This document shows positions 52,711 to 64,000 of a DNA stretch of 64,000 nucleotides, in pieces. The notes under the pieces were generated by a model. It was not told the origin of the DNA. It did not search any database and saw nothing but the letters and a program-made list of their open reading frames with translations. The DNA is from Meyerozyma guilliermondii. Lineage: Eukaryota. Position numbers and translations under genes: made by a program. The stretch covers positions 310,001-374,000 of the forward strand of contig CP128819.1 in assembly GCA_051546255.1 (NCBI GenBank). Direction: 5' to 3'. How positions within the stretch are numbered: position 1 is the stretch's first letter; each line of letters begins with the position of its first letter.

Positions 52711-53227
52711 GGAGTTCGTGTTTAATCGAACATTTTCCGGTTGTAATGACAAGCCTGTAATTCACCAAAGATGCTGTTGATGCCCACCACCTTTATGATA
52801 GCGATACTAAATGCCATTGCTTAGTCAACGGATAATATATGCCCATGTCGCCTCTACCAAGCTTTATTGTATGGTCTAGCCTAGCGAATGACAGAAAATG
52901 ATGCGCTAATAATTATGGCATCGGAAGCGAAACTAGTCGCAATCCAAGCGCTATAGTGACTGTCTGCAACATTGAGTTCAAAATAAAATTTCTTTCAATG
53001 CCCTCTAACCTATACAGTTCTTGATTGTCAGTACTTCGTGAGATTAGCTTTATGCGCTACTTACATAGATACAATGTTTCCGCAAAGAAACTATCTTATC
53101 TTCGGCTGCAAAAAACGTCAAGCCTGCATACCACGATACTATCCGTGGGTCTGATTTTCCCCACAAGCATGTGTGCGGATAGTATAGTCGCACTAACGCA
53201 ACTGAAATCCTCACTTTATTAAACAAA

Positions 53228-54109
53228 ATGCCAAACTCCACACAAAAAAAAGTGGTATTAGTTACCGGAGCCTCGTCTGGAATTGGCTATGCAACTTCAA
53301 TTGAGTTTGCAAAAAGGGGATACAAGGTTTATGCTGGTGCAAGAAGACTTGAAGCTATGGAGCCATTGAAGAAATATGGGATCATCCCTGTCAAGCTTGA
53401 TGTGTCTTCCTTAGATAGTGTAAAGGAGATAAAGGTATTATTGCAGCGTGAGAACGATGGAAAACTTGACTACTTGTTCAACAATGCCGGCCAGCTGTGT
53501 ACGTTTCCCGCAATTGACACTACTGATGAATGGTTCAAACAGTGCTATGAGGTCAATGTTTTTGGCCCCATGCGTTTGACCAGAGAATTAGCCCCCTTGC
53601 TCATCAACGCAAAGGGAACCGTCGGATTCACTGGGTCTCTTAGTGGCCTTGCCCCATTCCCTTTTTCGTGTACTTACTCTTCTACTAAAGCAGCTATACA
53701 TGCTTATGCTGGTACACTTCGTCTTGAGATGAAACCTTTTGACGTCAAAGTACTCAATTTTGTTACTGGTGGTGTCAAGACCGAAATTGCCGACACAAGA
53801 CCGTTGCCAGAGTCTTCTCTTTTTAATGTACCTGAAATGAAAGAAGCCCTCGTTGAAAGACAGCAAATGGCTGCCAGAAACAATCCTATGCCAGCAGAGA
53901 AGTATGCTTACAAAGTGGTCAATGATTTCGAATCTCTGAGCATCAATGGTTCCTTGAACAAATATCGCGGCACTAGTGCTAGTTTTCTTCATTGGGTATT
54001 CTTGCTCATGCCTCGATACCTCATCGAGTTGGCGTTTATCAGAAAATTCAAACTTGCTGGTGTGTTCAAGTCTATGAGAGAAAAGTATGCCAAGAAGAAA
54101 TTGGACTAA
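53228..54109 (+). CDS. AYR1: 1-acyl-DHAP reductase / lipase Ayr1 (SDR)
   Basis: TGASSGIG, NNAGQ(CTG=S)CTFPA, YSSTKAAIH and IADTRPLP. Confidence 0.93.
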   Translation: MPNSTQKKVVLVTGASSGIGYATSIEFAKRGYKVYAGARRLEAMEPLKKYGIIPVKLDVSSLDSVKEIKVLLQRENDGKLDYLFNNAGQLCTFPAIDTTDEWFKQCYEVNVFGPMRLTRELAPLLINAKGTVGFTGSLSGLAPFPFSCTYSSTKAAIHAYAGTLRLEMKPFDVKVLNFVTGGVKTEIADTRPLPESSLFNVPEMKEALVERQQMAARNNPMPAEKYAYKVVNDFESLSINGSLNKYRGTSASFLHWVFLLMPRYLIELAFIRKFKLAGVFKSMREKYAKKKLD

Positions 54110-54190
54110 ACGATTTACGGTAGTTATAATGCAACATACGTCTTAGAAAAGCTAAACATCATAAATAGTACAGCATAAGGGAGGCATGAA

Positions 54191-55411
54191 TCAGACGTCT
54201 ATTTCAGGCACATACTGAGGCATACCAGTTCTGCTCGACTCCAAAATTGCGTCGACACAAAGTAGAGCCCTCATAGCATCTTCTCCAGTACACTTCACCT
54301 CCGATTCGCGGCCAGTGATAAGGTTTACAAAATGTTCGAGTTGCAATTCAAATGGTACTGGCGGCTTTTGACCAATGTGGTGGATGGGGCTATCCTTGTC
54401 ATTGGGAGATGCAGAAGGGGTAGCAAGACCATAATTCATTTGAGTTCCGCCTCCATCGAAATCCTGAAGCACCTTGTAGGAAAGGTCTAACTTCTCTGAC
54501 GACACGGGATTCAACCAATGACGCTTGTCGTAAGGTAAGTTATTTTGGTGATGCAACGTAAAGTCCGGAATTGAGAGAGTTCCATCACTACCGAACAAGC
54601 GATAAAATCCCGACGCATTCTCGCTGTGAGGGATGGTGGGGTTTTCACCTGTACCCGATTCAAAAGAGTATGGTGAGATCACGTTGTCAGCACACACAAA
54701 CGTACCGCAACAGCCATTAGCAAACCTCAACGTTAATACTGCCCCTTCATCCACAGCATTACCATCGTGAGATCCAGCTCTCTGTTTGATCAACAACTCA
54801 GAGTAAACTTTAACAATTGGCCCCAATAAATATTGAAGTAAATCAATGTCGTGAATTAAATTGATTAGCATGGTTCCGCCTCCCAACTTCGTTGATGAGC
54901 GCCAAGGTTTTTCTGCAAAGTATGTGTCCGCTTTTTTCAAAGCCCACGTTCCTTGGATTGCCACCGGACGGCCCACTTTGTCCATATTTTGCTTGGCAGT
55001 GATAATGTATGGGTTGAATCTACGGTGATGTCCAACAAGAAGGTGAACACCCAGATATCGACATTGAGCAATTAATGCTTTGCAATCAGCAACGGTGGGA
55101 GCCAATGGCTTTTCCATTAACATGTGTATTCCTCGTGCCGCCAACTTGCTGCCAATCGAAACATGCGTGTGATTTGGAGTGGCTACGATTGCTCCATCAG
55201 GAACCCTCAAGCCTCTCTCGTCACAAAAATCCAACATTTCATCAACAGAGCGGAACAAAAGTGTATTAAACTGGCTGGCGACACCTGGGCCTTTTGCGGA
55301 GTGATCAATGATGGCAAAAAGTTCACAATCAGGACGATCGTGTACATGTTGAGCATGTCTAGGACCAATAAGGCCGGCACCAATCACCACTAATTGAATT
55401 TTCTGATTCAT
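54191..55411 (-). CDS. Gfo/Idh/MocA oxidoreductase (QutH-like)
   Basis: VIGAGLIGPRH, ATPNHTH, MEKP, LVGHHRRFNP and INLIHDIDLL. Start is 55411 or 55462. Confidence 0.88.
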   Translation of the reverse strand: MNQKIQLVVIGAGLIGPRHAQHVHDRPDCELFAIIDHSAKGPGVASQFNTLLFRSVDEMLDFCDERGLRVPDGAIVATPNHTHVSIGSKLAARGIHMLMEKPLAPTVADCKALIAQCRYLGVHLLVGHHRRFNPYIITAKQNMDKVGRPVAIQGTWALKKADTYFAEKPWRSSTKLGGGTMLINLIHDIDLLQYLLGPIVKVYSELLIKQRAGSHDGNAVDEGAVLTLRFANGCCGTFVCADNVISPYSFESGTGENPTIPHSENASGFYRLFGSDGTLSIPDFTLHHQNNLPYDKRHWLNPVSSEKLDLSYKVLQDFDGGGTQMNYGLATPSASPNDKDSPIHHIGQKPPVPFELQLEHFVNLITGRESEVKCTGEDAMRALLCVDAILESSRTGMPQYVPEIDV

Positions 55412-55621
55412 CTCAATTTGAACTAAAGAATTGAACGCGTCACCACATATCTCTTGATCCATACTTTGGTAGAAAAAAACAGTGGGCCGCAAACTCAAAC
55501 CTTATCTACTGATAAGAACGTGACACAAAATAGAGAGTATCGGACCACGTGCGAAATGCGTGGGTGATTGGGCGTTTCTCTTGCATTGTTCCTGCGGCAG
55601 GTTGCAACCAGTCGCAGCCGT

Positions 55622-57703
55622 TTACATCTTCGGCTTCAATGGCATTTCGGTGAAGAGCTCATCGCACAAATGGTCAATTACACCCCAGCCATAACCATTG
55701 GCGAATCGGCGGCGTACTACAATGTTGTTGTGGGCATCCGGTGGTAGACTTACCAATACCTTTCTCCAGTTGAGATCTGGCTGGTGGTACTTTCTCGCTA
55801 TTTCCACCTGCTTGCCCAATTTCCAATCGCTATAGTGGAAAAGTAGACGAGGAAGTGGGATACGGTATTTGTTGGACTCCTCCTTGTGCTCGGGCAAGTT
55901 CTCGAACCGATAGAACTTGTCATGAAAAATAACTGGTCTTCTCGTTTCTGGATCCAAGATGTATTTCACTGTCGGTTTGGGTGCAATTAAGGTTAGGACT
56001 GCTGACTCAATTACCGATGCTTTGGGGGGAACTTTGAACTTTGAAGCCGAATTAGACGAGTCTTCTGCCTGATCACTTCTGTGAAGTTCATAATCATCTT
56101 CACCCTCGTCTTCATCGTCGTCCACATTATTGATGGATTGAGCCAAGTCGCTTCCTTTCGCCGTAATTTTCCTTAACGTCCGTTCCCTTCGTGAAGGTTT
56201 GTTCTTCTTAGCCACTCCGAATGAGAAAAGATCTTTGTACTTTGGTTTTTTTTCATTTCGCAAGTCCTCCACAGCATTGTCGTACTCGTTATCTGATGGT
56301 ACTTCTCCCACGGTGTTTTCGGAAACATTGGTATTTTCCGAATGATTGTCGTGCCCTGCAGCTTCCTGATGCTCTGGGTCAACTGGCTTGTGCTGTTTCA
56401 AGTCATCGACATCACCAAGTGCCTCATAGTCTAGATACAACAAGGCAGAAGTTCTTAATGGCACAATGCCATCATTTATAGCATTGGCATATAATGTGAG
56501 GTGAACAAACTTGGCCAAGAACGTCTTAAGAGGGTCATTAGGTAGTACCTCTAACAATGGACGAAATGCTTCTCTGCTGCGTTCTTTATTCTTAAAGCTG
56601 GGAAGTTTCTTCAGAAGCGTAAGATCACGACCAGTTTTACCTAACGTTCCGAGATCAAGAAACCACGATATCCAAAGACTCATTTCGCTGAGAACACCTA
56701 GTAAAGGACTGGCCATGCACACAAGGTTATATGGCTGAATTCCTCGATCCTCAAAGTACGAAGTCCCCTTCGTGAGAAGAATATTTTTGATTGCATAGAG
56801 CTGGACCGGTCCTCCTAACGAGTGACCGATAAACGATATTCGGTTAATTTTGTGACCTTTTGCAAGCAAGCTAGAAATAAGTTCGGTAGTATAATGGGAA
56901 ACTCCCAAACCTAGTCGCTTTATTCCCTTTTCAGTTCGACCAGCATTTCCTTCGAATCCCTTCACCAAAAGATTATCCAGCGACGCCTGAAGTATTCGAT
57001 CTTTGAGATACATCATGTCTGCTGTGACATTGGAGAATAAACCATGGGTGATGATTACCAAATGAATGGGTTTTGTTGGATCTTCGGGAAGCTCGGGCCA
57101 TAGAGCTTCGGTGTCGAGTTTCTCTACTTTGAGCTGTGGCTTTGTCAGGATGCCCAATTCTGCTTGCGAAGTGTCTGACTTGAAATTACCAGTAGTAGGC
57201 GACTTTAGTACTGTCAACGAGTTCAGAAATGGACCATGGTTAAGACTCTTCATTTGCTCAAAATCTTCGCCGATCATAAGATCGTAATAAATACGGGCAT
57301 GTCGAGAGATCACTATTTGTGACACTATATCAGTCGTCCACATATACATGGGATGACCCTCTGGTGATTTTCCATAGTAGGAATTGCTGTTCAACTGTAA
57401 CTTGACATTAAATGTTTGGCCCGGTTTGAGTTGATTTTTGAACACAACCTCCTTGTTATCATCAGGATTTTCGGGTATAAACTGGGTCTCATGCTTATAA
57501 TTACAAGGGACAACATGACAATATAGAATAAACGGTCCATTCAAAATATGCACCGCTCTTATTGATGTTCGCTCATCGTTTTTCAACCTTAAGTAGATTT
57601 GTTTCCTTGTATCGTCAATACAGGTATAGACAAGCTTGTATCTGCATATGCCTCCTATTTTCAAATTTTCCTTGTCTCTATACCATAGAAAAGGATTTGG
57701 CAT
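55622..57703 (-). CDS. DUF676 alpha/beta-hydrolase lipase, Rog1/Ydl109c-like
   Basis: HLVIITHGLFSN, ISFIGHSLGG, YANAINDGIVPLRTS and WRKVLV...DAHNNIVVRRRFAN. Confidence 0.9.
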   Translation of the reverse strand: MPNPFLWYRDKENLKIGGICRYKLVYTCIDDTRKQIYLRLKNDERTSIRAVHILNGPFILYCHVVPCNYKHETQFIPENPDDNKEVVFKNQLKPGQTFNVKLQLNSNSYYGKSPEGHPMYMWTTDIVSQIVISRHARIYYDLMIGEDFEQMKSLNHGPFLNSLTVLKSPTTGNFKSDTSQAELGILTKPQLKVEKLDTEALWPELPEDPTKPIHLVIITHGLFSNVTADMMYLKDRILQASLDNLLVKGFEGNAGRTEKGIKRLGLGVSHYTTELISSLLAKGHKINRISFIGHSLGGPVQLYAIKNILLTKGTSYFEDRGIQPYNLVCMASPLLGVLSEMSLWISWFLDLGTLGKTGRDLTLLKKLPSFKNKERSREAFRPLLEVLPNDPLKTFLAKFVHLTLYANAINDGIVPLRTSALLYLDYEALGDVDDLKQHKPVDPEHQEAAGHDNHSENTNVSENTVGEVPSDNEYDNAVEDLRNEKKPKYKDLFSFGVAKKNKPSRRERTLRKITAKGSDLAQSINNVDDDEDEGEDDYELHRSDQAEDSSNSASKFKVPPKASVIESAVLTLIAPKPTVKYILDPETRRPVIFHDKFYRFENLPEHKEESNKYRIPLPRLLFHYSDWKLGKQVEIARKYHQPDLNWRKVLVSLPPDAHNNIVVRRRFANGYGWGVIDHLCDELFTEMPLKPKM

Positions 57704-57833
57704 GTCCAAACAACAATGTCTTCTGACATTTCAGCTCGGTTATGTGGGGTATTTTCCTGCATGCAGATGGGCAGCGATGCCGATGATAACTACAATCAAG
57801 TTACTAAATGTTAATTCTGTTTTCAATAAATCA

Positions 57834-60827
57834 CTATACAGCTTCAAAAGCAGCCTCTAAGAATTTTTCTTCTTCTCCAGTGTGCATACCCTTGGATCCC
57901 GCAGCAACAGATGCGGAAGGATCACGACCACAATAACGCAAGGTCAAGTCCTTGTACTTGTCAGTCTCCTTCAAGGTGGTGGCGAAACGTGGGGCAACGT
58001 AAGACCATGAACCCATGTTCAATGGCTCTTCTTGACACCATGCAATATCCTCAAGACCAGGGTAAGAGTTCAAGGTGTCACGCAATTGGGCGAATGGGAA
58101 TGGGTGCAATTGCTCAACCTTCACGATGGCAGTAGACTTGTCTTCAAGGCTTGCTCTCTTTTTGTGCAATGCGGTGTAGACCTGACCGGTACATATGATC
58201 AATCTTTTTATGTCCTCCTTGGCAGAAATGCTCTTGCCTAATTCGACATCATCGATGATCCATTGGAAGTGCGAGTCGCCAGTAAAGTCAGACAACTGAG
58301 ATCTTGCAAGAGGATGACGCAACAAAGACTTGGAGAAGAAAAGAGCCAATGGCTTACGGAATTGACGGTGCATCTGTCTTCTCAACAAGTGGAACAAGTT
58401 AGCAGGGGTGGTTGGGTATGCAACTTGCATGTTGGCGTCTTGATGTTGGCGCTCCAACTTTTCTGGGGCAGGGAAGTAACGTGGGTCTTCATTACAAAGC
58501 TGCAAGTAACGCTCAATACGACCTGAAGAATGCTCAGGACCTTGACCATCGTAACCGTGAGGAAGAGAAAGAACCAATCCTGAACGTTGCTTCCACTTGG
58601 ATTCGGCAGCGGCAATGAACTGGTCAATGACAACTTGGGCAGTGTTGGCAAAGTCACCAAACTGAGCTTCCCACATAACCAAAGCATCTGGCGAGGTCAA
58701 AGAGTAACCATACTCAAAGCCCATGACACCGTACTCAGACAAAGACGAGTTGGAGATGACAAAAGCAGCCTGGTCCTCGCTGAGGTGGTTCAATGGTGTG
58801 TAAGTTTGTTCAGAAGATTGATCATGAAGCACCGCATGACGTTGAGAGAAAGTTCCTCTCTCGACATCTTGACCGGAAACACGAACGTGGTATCCTTCCA
58901 ATACCAAAGATCCAAAAGCCAAAGCTTCACCAGTAGACCAGTCGATTCCTTCACCGGTTTCAACAGCCTTCTTTCTGGTGTTCAAGATTCTCTTCAAGTT
59001 TCTGTGAATCTCAAAACCCTTTGGTGCGTCAGAAATGACATCACCGATCTTCTTGAGAGTATCCTCCTCTACCGCAGTAGGTAAGTGAGGAAGCACTTCA
59101 GTTGCTAATTCCTTGGGAGACTTGAAGTCTTCCCATGGGGTAGTCAACCATTCTCTTGAAGTAGGTTGGTAATCCTTGGACTTCTTGAAAGACTCTTCCA
59201 ACATTCCCCAACACCATTTCTTATGTTCGTCGATATCTTCCTTCGTGAAAGTCTTTTCCTTGATCAATTGTTCGGTATAGTAATCAAGAACAGACTTCTT
59301 CTCGGCAATCTTTCTGTACATCAAAGGTTGAGTGAAAGATGGTTGATCAGTCTCGTTGTGACCGTATTTACGGTAACCAACCACATCGATAAGAACATCA
59401 GAGTGGAAAGTAGCACGCCATTCGGCAGCCAAGTTAAAAACGAACACCATAGCCTCAACATCATCTGCGTTAACGTGGAAGATGGGAGCGTTGATGGCCT
59501 TAGCGATGTCGGAAGGATACAAGGTAGAACGAGCAAATCTAGGGTCAGTAGTGAAACCAATTTGGTTATTGACAATGACATGAATGGTACCACCGGTAGA
59601 GTAGGCAGGAAGGTTTTCGAAACCCATAGTTTCGTACACAACACCTTGAGCGGAGAAAGCGGCATCACCATGCATCAAGATTGGCATAGCCTTCTTGAAA
59701 GTACCAATGTCATGTTTGTAGTGCTGAATGGCACGAGTCTTACCAAGAACAACACCATCCTCGGCTTCCAAGTGCGAAGGGTTGGCGACAAGAGATAAGT
59801 TAACGTGCTTACCAGAAGTGGTTGGTCTGGCGTAGTTCATACCAAGATGGTACTTGACATCTCCCGAACCTTCATCAAATTCCTTGGAACCGGTGAATTC
59901 GAAGAAGATAGACTCATTAGGTTTACGCACCACATTGGACAACATATTCAATCTACCTCTGTGGGGCATACCAATCACGATATCTTCCACGCCGTACTCG
60001 ACGGAAGTATCGATCAAAGCTTTGATACCGGGAACGGAGGACTCGGCACCTTCAAGACCGAAACGCTTGTCGTTGGGGAATTTGGAAGACAAGAAAGACT
60101 CGAAAGAGCAAGCCCATATTAACCGGTCAAGAATTTGACGCTTTTCATCAGGAGAGAAGTTGTATGGTTGAGGGATTTCAATACGTTCACGCAACCAGTC
60201 ACACTGCTCCTTTGAAGGGATGTGAATGTATTCCACACCGTAAGAAGAACAGTACAAACGCTCACAAGTGTCGACGATTTCACGAAGCGACATGGTTTTT
60301 TTGCCCGACTCAGCGAATCTGGGCAAGATACCTGGCCCCAAGGTGATTTGTTTGTCAAGGTCAGCTTCGGTGAAGCCATAGTAGTCTAAAGACAACTCTT
60401 TTGGCAAGTCTTCGGTGTCACCGTACGAGATGCCCAAAGGATCAATCTTGGCCTTTTGATGTCCTCTGACTTGATAGGCTCTCACCAACAACTGCACCTT
60501 CAAGTGAGCAACAACGTCAGGCGACGAAGAAGAGCTAGGGTTGAAACTAGCAGCACCTCCAGCTGGGGTTGGAACGATAGTTGGAGGAGCCTGGAAGGCC
60601 AGCGATGCAGATCCCGTGGTTTCAATGTTCTTGAAATAAGCATTCCAAGAAACATGGACACTAGATGGGTCCTGGCGCCAAGCATTGTACATTTCATCCA
60701 CATAGTTAGCATTATTGCCTTGAAGAAACGAATCGGTAGCAAGGGTTCTAGCAAGCGTAAGTCTTGGAGGCAGCAACTTTGCTGCCATCCGGTGCAACAA
60801 ACGTGCCCTTGTATTTACTCTAAGCAT
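57834..60827 (-). CDS. KGD1: 2-oxoglutarate dehydrogenase E1
   Basis: [34 protein letters not shown] and [17 protein letters not shown] at 60827. Confidence 0.98.
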   Translation of the reverse strand: MLRVNTRARLLHRMAAKLLPPRLTLARTLATDSFLQGNNANYVDEMYNAWRQDPSSVHVSWNAYFKNIETTGSASLAFQAPPTIVPTPAGGAASFNPSSSSSPDVVAHLKVQLLVRAYQVRGHQKAKIDPLGISYGDTEDLPKELSLDYYGFTEADLDKQITLGPGILPRFAESGKKTMSLREIVDTCERLYCSSYGVEYIHIPSKEQCDWLRERIEIPQPYNFSPDEKRQILDRLIWACSFESFLSSKFPNDKRFGLEGAESSVPGIKALIDTSVEYGVEDIVIGMPHRGRLNMLSNVVRKPNESIFFEFTGSKEFDEGSGDVKYHLGMNYARPTTSGKHVNLSLVANPSHLEAEDGVVLGKTRAIQHYKHDIGTFKKAMPILMHGDAAFSAQGVVYETMGFENLPAYSTGGTIHVIVNNQIGFTTDPRFARSTLYPSDIAKAINAPIFHVNADDVEAMVFVFNLAAEWRATFHSDVLIDVVGYRKYGHNETDQPSFTQPLMYRKIAEKKSVLDYYTEQLIKEKTFTKEDIDEHKKWCWGMLEESFKKSKDYQPTSREWLTTPWEDFKSPKELATEVLPHLPTAVEEDTLKKIGDVISDAPKGFEIHRNLKRILNTRKKAVETGEGIDWSTGEALAFGSLVLEGYHVRVSGQDVERGTFSQRHAVLHDQSSEQTYTPLNHLSEDQAAFVISNSSLSEYGVMGFEYGYSLTSPDALVMWEAQFGDFANTAQVVIDQFIAAAESKWKQRSGLVLSLPHGYDGQGPEHSSGRIERYLQLCNEDPRYFPAPEKLERQHQDANMQVAYPTTPANLFHLLRRQMHRQFRKPLALFFSKSLLRHPLARSQLSDFTGDSHFQWIIDDVELGKSISAKEDIKRLIICTGQVYTALHKKRASLEDKSTAIVKVEQLHPFPFAQLRDTLNSYPGLEDIAWCQEEPLNMGSWSYVAPRFATTLKETDKYKDLTLRYCGRDPSASVAAGSKGMHTGEEEKFLEAAFEAV

Positions 60828-61247
60828 GTTGAAATTGCGAGTTCTACTAGGATACTCCACTGGGAAAACAAAATTTCAGTAGGGTCCTCGTTAGTGTTGG
60901 TGTAAGTGAGATATTTTCGGGGTTTTTATTTGCCGGCGGTTTTGTGTCACCTCGGCCGCGACTTCCGACTTGGCCGGGATGGATACGATCTCGATGGGAA
61001 CGTGATTAGGATGAAGGTGAAAAAAATACTGAAAAAGGATGAAATTAGTGTTACTGTTCCTTATAGCTTTCAAAACTCAAGCTATTTCTATAACTCTCAC
61101 CCGGTGCCATTTTTTGTGAATTCTAATTGCAACCTAATGTTTGGGTGTGTGGATGCATCGGAGTAAGCTCCGGGGTAATGACCCAGGGAAGCTTTTTCGC
61201 AGTCCGAGACCCGATGGACTTCCGGAACTACTTGGCGCATTTATTAT

Positions 61248-62849
61248 CTAATTTTCTAATTCAGGTGTTTGTTTCTTGTCTGGAATGTCGTAAGGCAAGC
61301 AGCCAAATCTGTGTAAGATCCTCTCTATTCCGTCCATTCCCTTGACCAATTGTCCGATTTCAGGGCCGTAACTAATTCTCACGTAGTTGTACCAGATAAC
61401 ATCTTCCAATCTGGATAAGTTTTGTGGATTGATCAAAAAGAAGAATCCTGGCACAACGATCACTTTTTCGTGAAGACACTCGTGGAAGAATCCTAAACTG
61501 TTGGAGAGCTTTCCTGGTAAATGTGACAAGTGAAGCCAGAGGTAGAAGGTGGAATTGGGTGTATTTCTCTCTGTGAACTCAAACCCCATTCTCGTTAACC
61601 TTTCAATGATATAATCACGTTTCATTTTAAAGTGCATTTGCAATGCCTTCATCTCTGTTAACACCCTGGTAGGCTCGAGGAAGTCCACAGCAGCATACTG
61701 AAATGGAGCATTAGAGCCTCCATCTAAGAACGAACCAGCACTGCTTAAAGCATTGATATAATCCTCAGGACCAACAATCCAGCAGATTCTCCAACCTGGC
61801 AATCTGAACGCCTTGGTGAGACCGTTAAGGATTAATACTGGATCACGGTTGACATCCAAAACGTATTCAGCACTAGAAATCGAGCTTCCAGAACAATGGT
61901 CGTCATAGTAATAGTGCGAGTAAAATTCATCCATGATCAAAAGGCACTTTTCCCTGCATAGCTGGTGAAGGGTAGCCAATTGTGCTCTAGTCATACATCT
62001 TCCGGTGGGGTTTCTTGGGTTCAGGGTAAGAAGAGCACTTACACCACGAGCCAATTCCCCGCGAATCATTTCCAAGTGAATATCGTAATTGTCTGCTTCA
62101 CTGAGAGGAACGGGAATGGGAGAGAAGTTTTTGAACAAAGAAAGCATTTCGGCGTAAGCGGTGTAGTCGGGAAGGAAGAAGGATAAGTAGCAATCACTGA
62201 TGATAGAAGCAATTCTGGTAAGACCGGCTCTTCCACCAGGAACAATACATACGTTCTTGTAGGTGTACTTGGAATTCTGGTTCTTCCGATAGGTTACATT
62301 GTAGTAGTTTGCAACCGCCTCCCTCAATTCCTTGATTCCGGCAGTAGGAGCATATTCTTTAGCATGGTCAGGTACTGGGATCAGTTCTGGACGCTTGAAT
62401 GAACCAGGTACTGTGTCTCCGTGCTCGGGTGCACCTTGTCCCAAATTGGCCCATGAGTCTTGACCATCATAGCCGTATTCGCCTGCTCTTTCGGTGACCC
62501 AGAGAACACCAGTGGAAGACTGCGATGTGTTCATAGCCGGCTTGTGGATTTCCTCATTAAACTTTGGTCTTGGAACAGGAATTGGAGATGAGTCTCTACC
62601 ATTTTCCGACTTGGATAACTTGTTTAGAAGATGGTTCTTGAGACTATTGTTCTGTGGCACGTGGTTTGGGGTCCGTGAAGAAGGAATTCCGTTGTCTACA
62701 AACCGATTGTCTCTGAGTGACGTCTGACTCAGGTTGCCCTGAGAAAAGATTTCAAGAAGCGAAGAAGCGGAACGTTTAAGTGGAGCTGGAAGTGTGGATT
62801 CCAAGCGCTCGAACTCGTACACGCTACCTTCATCGGATTCGTTTGCCAT
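61248..62849 (-). CDS. Class I/II PLP-dependent aminotransferase with a disordered N-terminal extension
   Basis: WANLGQGAPE, YAPTAGIKELR, NPRNPTG, DEFY and GLTKAFRLPGWR (PLP lysine). Confidence 0.9.
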   Translation of the reverse strand: MANESDEGSVYEFERLESTLPAPLKRSASSLLEIFSQGNLSQTSLRDNRFVDNGIPSSRTPNHVPQNNSLKNHLLNKLSKSENGRDSSPIPVPRPKFNEEIHKPAMNTSQSSTGVLWVTERAGEYGYDGQDSWANLGQGAPEHGDTVPGSFKRPELIPVPDHAKEYAPTAGIKELREAVANYYNVTYRKNQNSKYTYKNVCIVPGGRAGLTRIASIISDCYLSFFLPDYTAYAEMLSLFKNFSPIPVPLSEADNYDIHLEMIRGELARGVSALLTLNPRNPTGRCMTRAQLATLHQLCREKCLLIMDEFYSHYYYDDHCSGSSISSAEYVLDVNRDPVLILNGLTKAFRLPGWRICWIVGPEDYINALSSAGSFLDGGSNAPFQYAAVDFLEPTRVLTEMKALQMHFKMKRDYIIERLTRMGFEFTERNTPNSTFYLWLHLSHLPGKLSNSLGFFHECLHEKVIVVPGFFFLINPQNLSRLEDVIWYNYVRISYGPEIGQLVKGMDGIERILHRFGCLPYDIPDKKQTPELEN

Positions 62850-63575
62850 ACTGAAGGTCACTTAATTGGAGTTTAGAAGCGAAAATAAATTGCACCGGGC
62901 CGGGTCAGCGGGCTTAGATCGCATAGTATGGGTGTGTGGGTGAGACATGGCGCCCAACGAGCGGCTGCGATTTCCGAAATGAATAGTTACTCCACACTGC
63001 GAGCCACTGGTGGTTTTGGGAAGTATTGGGAACCACTTGATTATGGGGAGCTTTTTAGTAGGTTTACGGGGTTTACACGATAATGTGAAAATAACCGTAT
63101 TGTACAAACCAATAATAATCACGAATGCGTAAGTCACCATAATATATTCAATTGTAATTATATACCCCTCCCAGAAACCATTTATGACCTTCTATACAAT
63201 AGCTATGTTATTCCCCATCTCTTCTTTATTTATTTTCGCTCTCTCGTTTTTCGCCGCTTCCCCTCGAGGCTCGAACTGTGGGGTGCGTGTTCGGCATTTT
63301 GATGACTTGCGTGCCGGAACTGAGCATCACTTAAACTCACATATATTTTTTAACCCTGGATAATTACCACATTTTACTGTTTATAAGTCTGTCTTAAACC
63401 TCCTTTTTTGATCACAAAAGTCGAAAAGACCCCATTAAACATCCTGGTAGTGACTTCTACCTACAAACCACTTAGTAGCAGCCGTCGTAGCTGCGATTTG
63501 CCTGGAGCCAAACAGGAACAACTTTTCTAACTCCTTTGATTTCCCTAATTTATACTTGTTTCCACCACCGGTGCA

Positions 63576-64000
63576 ATGCTAAACAAGCTTAGATTCAAGC
63601 ATGTCAACATAAACAGCATTTTGGAACGTGAAAAGTCCTCAAATCCACTCGATGACTTCGGCTCCGATGGGGGAATTGATCCTCCTCAAAACTCTCCTCC
63701 GGGACCGCTGTCGTTCTTCCTTTCACCAATCACTTCTAATGAATCTGCATCCACCACCATCGTCGAACAAGACCACATAGATGAACCAAAGCTCCCCGAC
63801 TCTTACTCGCCATTACTTTCCCTCCCGGTTGAAATTCTTCATCGCATCATCGAATTGGTATATTACGATGACAACACCAACTCCATCAACGCAAACCTCG
63901 AGACCTTTTCCAAAACCATCCCCCTCCTTCTGAAGACCGTTAATGCATTATCTTTGAGATTTCTTTACAAATATGCGGTATTCAATCGACCACATTCCTT
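63576..64000 (+). CDS. F-box protein, 5' partial (YLR352W-like); runs off the window
   Basis: Open frame from ATG 63576 to the end of the window: ...SPLLSLPVEILHRIIELVY...FLYKYAVFNRPHS. Not in the ORF track. Confidence 0.75.
   Translation, partial: MLNKLRFKHVNINSILEREKSSNPLDDFGSDGGIDPPQNSPPGPLSFFLSPITSNESASTTIVEQDHIDEPKLPDSYSPLLSLPVEILHRIIELVYYDDNTNSINANLETFSKTIPLLLKTVNALSLRFLYKYAVFNRPHS

Noticed and set aside
58382..60905. Many overlapping or antisense ORFs in KGD1 (also in SAC6, SPB1, UTP20 and the JEN genes)
   Set aside because: Shadow ORFs caused by codon bias; no recognisable domains.
1..64000. CRISPR arrays, prokaryotic operons, rRNA
   Set aside because: This is eukaryotic nuclear DNA; I saw no repeat-spacer arrays or rRNA motifs.

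Overview
Gene-dense eukaryotic DNA from a CUG-Ser ('CTG clade') budding yeast. CTG falls at conserved-Ser positions in RMD1, AYR1, APD1 and an aminotransferase; a complex I subunit is present; introns are very short. A Meyerozyma/Debaryomycetaceae-like host is a guess, not something the sequence proves. About 30 protein genes are present: CRT10 (partial), MIF2, MRT4, an orphan, NDUFB9-like, SAC6, PEP3, SPB1, LRE1-like, APA2, QCR7, DIC1, two JEN permeases, H2B/H2A, an Ish1-like protein, MDP1-like, an NBR1/Atg19-like receptor, NHP10, UTP20, RMD1, MedA-like, AIM24, MSS4, APD1, an ERp38-type PDI, a glutaredoxin-like protein, two AYR1-like genes (one frameshifted), a Gfo/Idh/MocA oxidoreductase, a ROG1-like lipase, KGD1, an aminotransferase and a partial F-box gene. 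The standout is a ~4.7 kb region with no intact gene (23.5-28.2 kb). It has an AT-rich core, a strand-skew flip and several short dyads. It sits next to HTB-HTA-NHP10-UTP20-RMD1, whose orthologs flank the S. cerevisiae sister centromeres CEN2/CEN4, so it is a strong candidate regional centromere. Its right half holds a heavily decayed hAT DNA-transposase relic that the ORF track misses.
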